DNA of 58,819 bases, the filler included, from Catajapyx aquilonaris (Eukaryota), in NCBI GenBank assembly GCA_000934665.2. It is 3 parts of 3 records of this genome, joined end to end, with 100 filler letters (N's around TTAATTAATTAA, not from the genome) between each part and the next. Parts side by side here need not be neighbours in the genome. Positions count along the whole stretch, not along the records: positions 39,315 to 58,819 come from KZ539538.1; 2 more parts are not named here. The stretch is one strand, 5' to 3'. Below are positions 49,283 through 58,819 of the stretch, piece by piece. Both the position numbers and the translations under genes were made by a program. Positions within the stretch are counted from its first letter, which is position 1. Every line of letters starts with the position of its first letter. Below the pieces are notes generated by a model. It saw nothing but the letters and a program-made list of their open reading frames with translations, was not told the DNA's origin and ran no database searches.

Positions 49283-49335
49283 TTAGATATTCTTTAAACA
49301 TGCGGATCTTCATCACTGTGCACTTCATGGTTATA

Positions 49336-49779
49336 CAGGGTGTATCGGAACTCTACCGTAAGCCATGTGCCAATGGCATAAGGGGCACCAGAGCATCATT
49401 ATATGTAGAGGGGTCATCATGTCTAGGCAGCCACATCACTTAGATAATAATTGATCATTTGCGAAGTAGCGATTGCGCTTAAGCGTGATTGTAGAATAGC
49501 AGTGCATCTGGGGGGAACTGCATTCTAAGAGCCCTCAGTGACTACCCCAATAGCAGTGTGGCAGTAGCCCCCCAGAAAATAGCTGCGAACTTCACCTGTG
49601 ACGCGATTGCGGCTGAAGGTTTGCATACCTGCCAGGATATTTTATACCTATTGGTTGAGGTCAATTAATTATCTCGGTCATGCGGCGGCCCAGGCCTATG
49701 ATTCCGATACTGTAAATGATCATCTGCTGACCATTACGCCATTGGCATATGGCTTACGGTAGAGTTCTGATACACCCTG
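49336..49779. mobile_element. 444-bp Tc1/mariner-type MITE
   Basis: TIR CAGGGTGTATCGGAACTCTACCGTAAGCCAT... / ...ATGGCTTACGGTAGAGTTCTGATACACCCTG with TA TSD; termini related to 41748-42171. Confidence 0.88.
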
Positions 49780-49896
49780 TATAAGAACGAACAACAGCCT
49801 CGATGGATGGCATCACCGTTTTGGGGTCAATGTTTGCTGCAGATCACCCTAATAGCCCCGGGATTTTCATGAACATTCTAAAAAAAGAAATTTAGC

Positions 49897-50051
49897 TGTG
49901 GTTGGACATCGCGTCTCGCTAGCAACATTTTCCGAAGCGGCAGAAGAACGAATCTGGCTCGCACGGCTTGCACTATCCATTGCTTCGATTAGTTCTTCTT
50001 CCGCTTCGGAAAATGTCGCTAGCAGTATGACGCGATTAATTTCCAACACTG
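49897..50051. mobile_element. Diverged copy of the 15834-15995 MITE
   Basis: Shares ACATTTTCCGAAGCGGCAGAAGAA and CCGCTTCGGAAAATGTCGCT; right end CCAACACTG|TA; left end eroded. Confidence 0.75.
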
Positions 50052-51095
50052 TATACAATGTATGGCTCACTTGGAACGAGGGGATAGACCGCGACAAGAG
50101 CGCGTTTACAGGCAAGGGTCAGATCGCCTTAAAAAACTGGCCGAGACCTATACAGTATACAGCAACGAAAACATCCTTGCATATTTGAAGAATGTGACTT
50201 ATAATATCTCTTATTAAGATCAATTTTTATGCAATGTTTTATCCGAATAAATGATATTAAAATTCCGTGACATAAGACGATGATTTATAGGTGATTAATA
50301 AAATCAGTCCGCATTTTTTCTTAATACTGTACATGCTACATTCTATCCTATCCATCGCTCTATTCTCTTTTGTGTCTATTTCTATCTCGTCGAAAAGCTT
50401 TTTCGGCGTATTATCATGTCACTGAAAAGTGATGTGCTCGCCGAATTGCAATTTCGCCGAAAACAGTTTTCGGTGAATGCTGCTAGACATGGCCGAAAAG
50501 TGCGTTCGACGAATTTCATTTTCGGCCAATGGTAGTCGCCGAATGGTCATTCGCCGAGTTTATCGCGGACCCCTGCACCCTCCTAGGACCGGCCTTGATT
50601 ATTATCAGTATGCTGAAATTAATGAAAGAAACAAGATGTTAAGTGCGCCTGAACACCCACGCACTACTCTTGAGGATTATCCCCCTTCCTTGTTTCTCCC
50701 CTCTGCTCTACACACATGGCATCCCTCATCTCCTCCTCCTCGTCCTCTTCGCAATTCCCCTCCCTCCCCAGCCTCATCCTCCCTTTGCGGAAAGCAGGAC
50801 CTTACCGTGTGCACATGACAGCTGGGCCCGCCCCATCACATGCCAACCCTGAGGGGGGGATCCCATTGGTCAACGGACTCAGGTGATTGGTCAGTCCTTA
50901 TTAATACTCCTTTATCATTTCGACCACCTCCCTCCCACACATCTTTCCCACCCATCCAACCACTCCTACACCACAGGATTCTGATCATGTCCCAATTGTG
51001 CTCCCTGGAGCGTTGGCCCGAACACTCTAGTTCTTCGCTATAATCATTACAACAGTAATTATTAGCAAATAGCCATTAAAACATTGGGTTATAAG

Positions 51096-51408
51096 ATGGC
51101 ATCATCTTCAAGCAAAACAAGCCCGGTTCCTACCCAGAAATCCTCACACAAGGAGTTCTTTGCTCGACTTTATGCTGATCTGGAACAGCCGTCGGCATTT
51201 ACTCGGATCCAGAGGCCTTCCACGCCTCCTGCGACCTCCCTGCAGTTAGCATCGGCTGCTGCAGCTGCAGCTGCAGCGGCTGCGGCAGGCCACTATGCAC
51301 CACCACTACAGTTGCAGCTGCCACCTTCCTTTCCGGCAGCTGCAGCAGCGCCACCAACTCACTGCGCCATGGATGGATTGCCATTTCTAGCTGGATTGTC
51401 CGCCTTCT
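51096..51408 (+). CDS. ro: Homeobox protein Rough, exon 1 (homeodomain exons not in window)
   Basis: ATG in AAGATGG context. SHKEFFARLYADLE resembles the recalled Drosophila Rough N-terminal motif (SPRQFFERLYGHLE). Poly-Ala tract. The exon ends GLSAF-T|gtgagt, where Rough continues (AF)LARRRRKE into the homeodomain. The homeodomain itself is not seen. Confidence 0.75.
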
Positions 51409-54400
51409 GTGAGTAATACTTTCATGCTTTCAAGTCACATAAAGGGTCATTATTTAATTATTTGCCATATTATTTTGGGTGTAGTGGTTCACAGAATTCA
51501 TTATTTGCCAATCTTGATAGCGACAAATTTCGTATTGATCAATCACAGTGGTTACTGCCAAAAATGGCTTTCAATCAACAAGCGTTGCACTATCGTTACA
51601 ATTTTTACATCACCTGCAGTTGCACTTGGAGATAAATCGATATTGCTGTTGCAATATTATTTTAAGAGCGTGTTTTTTTTTTACGAACGAAGATAAACTC
51701 TTTTTCTGGTTGAAGTTAGGTTTTTGAGGATATGGGAGTTAGAAGCCATTTTCTTCCTGCGCTTCAAATCATTTCCATGGCTTTAGTTATTGGTCTCATG
51801 TGGTCTAATGGTACTTATCCGTTAAATAGGCTATAAATAATTTTTATGGGTTGTTTTTACTAATGTTGTTGGAAAAGTACAGTTCAGATATTATTTTTAG
51901 GTATTACAGAAATTTCTGAAAACTTGAGTTTGGAAGTTACAATATTTTACAATATTTGTACAATATTTTTACAATATTGATAAAGTCATAAATCACTGCA
52001 ATAGTTTTCCCAAATGTTCCGTGTTTTCTTAAAACCCATTACCCAGGTCCTAGGGTAATTGTTTTGTGAATTTCATTAATGTGAAATTTCATTCAGCGCT
52101 GACAATTTCATAATTTCATGAAGCTATTGGATTCAGTCTGCTTTGGAAGTAGGCAATCGGTATTGACTATTATTCCCTTTAATATAAAAATAATGATGAT
52201 GATCGTGCAACAATCATCGCTTAGGGAATATTCTCTCGAAAAAAGTGAAATAATTTGAAGAGGGAAGCGGTACATGTGGGCCCAACATGGCCGCCGGCGC
52301 GGCGCCCATGTTGGGTCCCCCAATGTAGCGCTTCCCTTTTGTACCTATAAAGTTCAGCCTAGTCCGGTAGGGTCGCCACATAATTGCTCTGTGAAATGTC
52401 TCATGGCGCTCTCAGGTGAGCACCCGCTGCAAAACGCCTCGGCAGGCGATAAGCTCAGAATGTAGTATAAGTGTCCGGGGGCTGGTCTCCACGTAGTCCT
52501 TATGGGGCGGTCATATTGGAGCTAGATTGCATGCTGCAAGATAGGAAATTGGCAAGCGTCCAATTTTTTTTGTCAAGGACATTTTTTCACTGCATGCAGA
52601 TCCAATGTGAATTAGCTCCAATATGTCGGAGAGACAATACCCTGTCTAGGTGGGGGAGGCACTCATTGAGGTTACCCTGCTGCATGCGAACACTTTGCCG
52701 CCAGATTCAAAAACGGGAAGGACATCATATGATGGCAGTAGGCATCAAAGGTTGTGGCATGTGGGGAAGGCAGGGAAAAGGGAATTAAAATAAAGAAAAA
52801 ATGGGAGAGAAAAGCCAGGCAAGGTAGGAAAATTTTAAGAGGGAAATTCATCTCAAATCGACTTAAGCATTGTACCTAGTTGAACAATATGGTAATAAAA
52901 ATCTGGATGCGGGGGAGGGGTCATGCGGGTCGTCAGAGGTCGAGGAAAGGTTGTCCACAGGGTCGCGACGAAATAAGTTTGGGAACACTGCTGAACAGTC
53001 AGGTAAAATATGTAGTCCATAGAGTCGTACCTGAAGTTATGTTAACTGACAGGACTTAAAACTGACCCTTCCCTGATGTTATTGACACAACAGCAGTAAA
53101 TACGGAGGGTGTCGTCGTGTCGACAGTGTCAGAGCTTACGGCAACCCGACCACTGAAGACGATCCTGCGAGGCGGGGAACACTGGGACATAACTGGCTGG
53201 GGATACTGGAACAGTCATCATTTTGGGCAGGGAATACTGGAGCATTTGCGCACTTGTATATAACAATATATTTTTATCGTAGTATTTTCCTCTCTGATGT
53301 GGAACGAATATGCACTGGCTGAAATAGCAAGTTAATACGATTCAAACAATATTTTAAAATCGAAGATTTCTTAAATTATTCCCCTGGAAAGCGTTCCGAC
53401 GTGAATTTTTTTCCTGAACACTGCGATCACTGGTATACTTACCTTATAGTACGCGTATCTGCTGTAGATGTGACGTTTTCCTCGGAAGATCCACAATAAT
53501 TATTGAAATCCAAGGCGAACCGTTTTCTCGAACTAGTAGAGCACCTCCCTTGGTTATTCAAACTCCAAAACCTTATAGGGATATATACCGTAAGTTAAAG
53601 ACTTTCTCAAAACTTCCGTTGTTTGAGATTATCAGGTTTTTATTAAATGATTTTGAACTATTTCTCTCAGAAATAATTTTAGACGTGGTTTTGAGGAAGT
53701 GAATATTTTAATAGCGTATATAGATTCTTTTATAGCGGCTTATAGTAAAATGCATAAGGGCAGTAAAATAAGGAACGAGAGAAAACTAAATTGTTGATTA
53801 CCCGACAGGTTTTTGTACTAATAAATAACATTGCGTTACAAAATACAGGAAACCCAAAATGTTACATTTTAACAAGTATACGATAAACAATAACAATAAC
53901 AATAACAAGTGGCCGGTTGATTTTAGCACTAGAAATCTGACTGTCTGAGCAAAAATGACATTAATGATAACCGTGAGGTTGAATTTTAGTAATATGAAAT
54001 TCAGTGCAACGTTATTAAGCATAGTCATAACACTTAAAAATTCGTTACGATCACTTCTTAATAATAACTATAGCTTCCATGTTTTGTTATTTCTAATTAA
54101 GTGTCTAAACTCTAAAGCAATAACCCCGTAATTATGCTATATTTTTTTTTTGATAGGTTGCTTCTACCTGCCATTGCTGTCATTCAGATATTCCCCGACA
54201 ACTACTACCGGTATTATTATCTACCTTGAATGTAACTGCCGAATGTGAAGACGTATTAAATATAGTATATTCAAGGTAGGTTTGGAGCACTTTGGTCACT
54301 TTATGCAGAATGGACAGTAACTTCCTTTGAATAGTGGGCATCCAGGGGGGGGGGGGGNNNNNNNNNNNNNNNNNNNNNNNNNNNNNNNNNNNNNNNNNNN

Positions 54401-55061
54401 NNNNNNNNNNNNNNNNNNNNNNNNNNNNNNNNNNNNNNNNNNNNNNNNNNNNNNNNNNNNNNNNNNNNNNNNNNNNNNNNNNNNNNNNNNNNNNNNNNNN
54501 NNNNNNNNNNNNNNNNNNNNNNNNNNNNNNNNNNNNNNNNNNNNNNNNNNNNNNNNNNNNNNNNNNNNNNNNNNNNNNNNNNNNNNNNNNNNNNACCTAT
54601 ACCCTTGTGCCCCCCCCCCCCCTTCCTGAAAAAATTTCTGGATCCGCCACTGAAGGGAGGGAGGTTCCCTGGCCTATTCCAGTACTAAAATAATCTGTCA
54701 TCATTTGTTGGATAGAAGCGCCGTTACAGAGTGTTGTTGAAATAAATGCAGTATTTGATGATATGCTAAGGCAGTGGCGCCTGCCAAATTCTCGTCCCCA
54801 AAAAAACTCAAAAATGTATAGGGATGAGAAATGTCGAGGGAACAACCGGTAACGAGGTAGACGACCATCACCGACGACCACACATTGGTCTGCTGCTAGA
54901 CACACGAGGCAACTACACACACGGTGCCTCTTTGTAGGGAGATCGCCTTAAAGATAACCTGCTCATCTTACAATAGTCGCTTATAGGGAGCAGGTTACGA
55001 GCCTGATACCGTACAGATTACTGACGAGATTTTGCTAGATTATAGAATAATGCTCACGGCC

Positions 55062-56847
55062 TAGTCCATATCAATTCAGGCAGGCAAAGAGAAAATCTTA
55101 CCTTCATAGTCTCAGATGTTTTTGAATTTAACATATGTTAAAATTCAGGCAAAGGTAAGAGACCCGTATTTTTTGTTTCGTTCAAAAAAATTCCTGGCCC
55201 GAGATACAGGCCGCCAAAGATGGCGCCTCGGGCGCCATATTTCTCACTTGGGATTATCGGCAAAATTTTGAAACGCTCTCTCTCTCTGGAACGGTTAAAG
55301 ATACTTTGTTGCGGGTTTTTTATTAGAAAGATTATATTCTTCCGATTAAAATGATACCCTCCGTTTGGAAATATGTGTCCAGGTTCTCTTGCTGTAGCCT
55401 TTTGAATTTCTTTTTCGAAAAATCAAAAATAATTTTTTTTTCAAAAAAGGCAATCCCAAAAATTTTGATTTTCTGACTGTTGATTAGTACCATAGAGTAC
55501 TACATTCCCTGAATAGGAGAGCTTCCACTTTTGAGTTTAACAGGTTTTATAAACAATTGAAAATTTTGCCAATGAGTGGGCAAAAAATCCTGATTACGAA
55601 TGTGCAATCGGTTTTTTTCCTACGCCCAACGGTAACACGGAAAATTATATATCTACACACGTCGTCTCCTAAGAAGGGAGATACAACAGCATCTCGCGGC
55701 AAACCGGAGAAGTATAGTGCGCATTGTAAACACCATGCCGCGCCAGGATGCTTTCTCTAGTTCCGCCCGGTTCCACTCTGGTGGCGTCGCACCTACGCCC
55801 ACCTGCCCCGCGCGCGGTTTTCGAACGACACACTTCCAGCTTTCGCCCTGGCCTTACCGTTCGTCTCTAAGAAAAACTGCTTATACCCTCGGAATCAGGA
55901 TTTTTTGCCCGATTTTTATAACCCAACTTGTATTTTGAGTGGAGTGTCCCTTTAAACCAATTTCCGTTACACATACTCACATGTAGTGGTCTCATGAAAT
56001 CAAACTCTAGTCTTATTTGCTATGGCATTTTAATTCTTAATAAATATGAGTTACAGATACAGCTTTCAAAGCATACTAAAGTTTCCAAAATTTAATCTTT
56101 ATTTAATTTTTATTAATTTTATTTTAATTTTTAATTTTTAATTTTATTTAAATTTAAATTTTTCAACACCGTGATCAGCGGAATCCTCACAAAAGCTTAC
56201 TTATTAAGTGCTGTTGGACCACAAAGGACTGTTGTTCACAATCAATAGGATCATTACCACTGATATTTTCACATGAGTAGGGTGTGGATCGGTGTGGATC
56301 CTGGCCCCAGCCATCTTGTATCCAATCCAAATTAACCGCGGAAGCTTAAACTTGAACATTGTTTATAAAACCTGTTAAACTCAAAAGTGGAAGCTCTCCT
56401 TTTCAAGGAATGTAGTACTCTATGGTACTAATGAACAGATCAGAAAATCAAAATTTTTGGGATTGCCTTTTTGAAAAAAAAAAATTATTTTTGATTTTTC
56501 GAAAAAGAAATTCAAAAGGCTACAGCAAGAGAACCTGGACACATATTTCCAAACGGAGGGTATCATTTGAATCGGAAGAATATCATCTTTCAAATACAAA
56601 AACCCGCAACAAAGTATCTTTAACCGTTCCAGAGATAGAGCGTTTCAAAATTTTGCCGATAATCCCAAGTGAGAAATATGGCGCCCGAGGCGCCATCTTT
56701 GGCGGCCTGTATCTCGGGCCAGGAATTTTTTTAAACAAAACAAAAAAAATACGGGTCTCTTACCTTCGCCTGAATTTTAACATATGTTAAATTCAAAAAC
56801 ATCTGAGACCATGAAGGTAACCCCCCTGCCTGAATTGATACGGACTA
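55062..56847. mobile_element. 1.8-kb non-autonomous DNA transposon with about 500-bp TIRs (TAGTCC termini, Academ-like)
   Basis: Arms 55062 to about 55558 and about 56358 to 56847 are highly similar in inverted orientation. The TSD is ambiguous (GCC/GGC). It lies in the presumed rough intron 1. Confidence 0.85.
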
Positions 56848-56959
56848 GGCGAACATACTGTATATTTTAAAATGTTTTACAGGAAAAATTCATTCATTCT
56901 TGCATTGAATTCAGTACATTCGTTCATGCGTGAATGAATGCATTTATTCATATTAAACC

Positions 56960-57413
<454 letters not shown>

Positions 57414-57693
57414 TTAACGAGGTGGTCAGGTAATACCTGACCACCACTGGCTACCCCTCGATGGGAAATAATGCGGTGAAGAATCTATGTGTGTTCTTGT
57501 CTTCAATAAACTGTGGGACCGGAAGTGTGTTTTTACTGTAACTGTGGGGACTGCTGTCCCCCAATTCCTCTTGTGGGGACAGTTTGGGTCCCCCACCTTC
57601 ACACACCAGAACGTTACCGTTATAGTGGGCCAGTGGGGACATATCCCCACAATTTCGATTTGCAGGGTTTCACAAAAGTCCGTTTCTCTCAGC

Positions 57694-57750
57694 CTAGGTT
57701 AGTTAGGGTAGGGTAGGTTAGGTAGGGTAGGTTAGGTTATGTTAGGTTAG
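57694..57750 (+). repeat. Short degenerate (TTAGG/GTAGG)n tract
   Basis: TAGGTTAGTTAGGGTAGGGTAGGTTAGGTAGGGTAGGTTAGGTTATGTTAGGTTAG, embedded in a GGGGAC-rich repeat-like region. Confidence 0.7.
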
Positions 57751-58819
57751 TTTACACTAGCTTCGAAAAGTTGAGTTTTCAACGTCCCCAAAGCTTATTG
57801 AGCGCAAGTCTGGGTGGGTGTTCAGGTCTCTCATAGGGTCTGGGGACTAAGGTTGATGTTTTGACTGTAGCTCTGGGGCAGCCGGGTACAACTCCCTCCT
57901 AAAGTTGAAGCCCAAATTGAAACGAGGAGATGGTTGCGGGCTCGGCCGCCAGATGCGGAAGAGGCAGCATCTAGTCCTGTTTTTCTGGAAGCGCATATGG
58001 TCATGCATTACTACTACGTTAATTTTTCTGCTAATATGTGACAGAAAAAACTGAAATTGGTGCCCGATGTGTTCCTACTACATTCATTCAAATGTCGTAA
58101 TTGTATTCAACTACGATCTACGGACTGTCATGCCAAAAATAAATACCGTACCTTTCAGTTCCCGCCCCGCAGCCCACACGCGTACCAAGATGATGTGCTG
58201 TACATACGATATGAATTATGATAAAATAAATGAGTTGACCCTTTTGAGTAAAATAAAATAATTATTTGTTTATTACCTACTATTTGATAGACTTGATATC
58301 TGTTGATAATTATACACACTGTACGCACTACTCAAGCTATTTTTGGTGAATATTATGATCGCATAGTATAGACGGCGCGCGGCGGGAATTCTCTTTCCCG
58401 TCGATTCCACATCCATGTTCGCCTATATGAGATCATTTACCAATCCACAATATATAGACATCGTGACCAATCTGATGAAGAATGTCTCACATGTGACATC
58501 GGGTGCTCAGCACCTGGAATCAATTTCTCCGAAGATGGGCGGGCCGGAGGAAGTTAGAAATTCCCCGGGCTCCCAGAAGGCAGTGAGTCAGCCCCTTACA
58601 CTCGAGTGCCATATTATTCAAACCGCATGTTTCGAAGAAATTATACCCCGTTATGGACATTTGCCTACTCTTACAAGGGAACGGTACTTGCTGTAAGTTG
58701 AGTTGCCCTATGACACTTGGCGTAGGGCAAGAAACCACATGGTTGATGCGAAAAGTGAAGTCTGTTGCGGCTGACATACAAGAGTTTACGAGATAATGGC
58801 TTTTAAAGTTTCCTATAGC

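Noticed and set aside
5765..51408. A functional sensory gene cluster (CNG channel, LRR protein, WS/DGAT, rough)
   Set aside because: The genes are on different segments separated by artificial spacers, so adjacency is unsupported.
54332..54652. Single hAT-like MITE (TAGTGGGCATCCAG ... CTGGATCCGCCACTG)
   Set aside because: The interior is an N gap, the left end is degenerate and there is no TSD, so the ends cannot be shown to belong together.
57694..57750. Telomere
   Set aside because: Short, degenerate and internal; such tracts are common inside arthropod repeats.

Overview
Eukaryotic, almost certainly arthropod, genomic DNA with intron-containing genes and dense non-autonomous transposons. 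It appears to be three separate contigs (1-19604, 19705-39214, 39315-58819) joined by identical artificial 100-bp spacers (N44-TTAATTAATTAA-N44), so linkage across the spacers is not established. Segment 1 holds the last seven coding exons of a cyclic-nucleotide-gated channel of the Drosophila CG42260 type; one exon is missing from the ORF track. Segment 2 holds the first three exons of a minus-strand BC-box-like/LRR protein gene and a complete three-exon, 498-aa WS/DGAT-family acyltransferase gene (HHxxxDG motif). Segment 3 holds a 7.3-kb five-level transposon nest (Helitron > pogo-like MITE > tandem Helitron-like array > long-TIR MITE > Academ-like foldback) and exon 1 of the homeobox gene rough. 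Many MITEs (TA, 3-, 6- and 8-bp TSDs), three tRNA-derived SINEs, long palindromes and microsatellites are also present. I cannot support a claim of a wholly new biological system. The best leads are the arthropod WS/DGAT gene, the nested and tandem transposon architecture, and the twin-hairpin loci.
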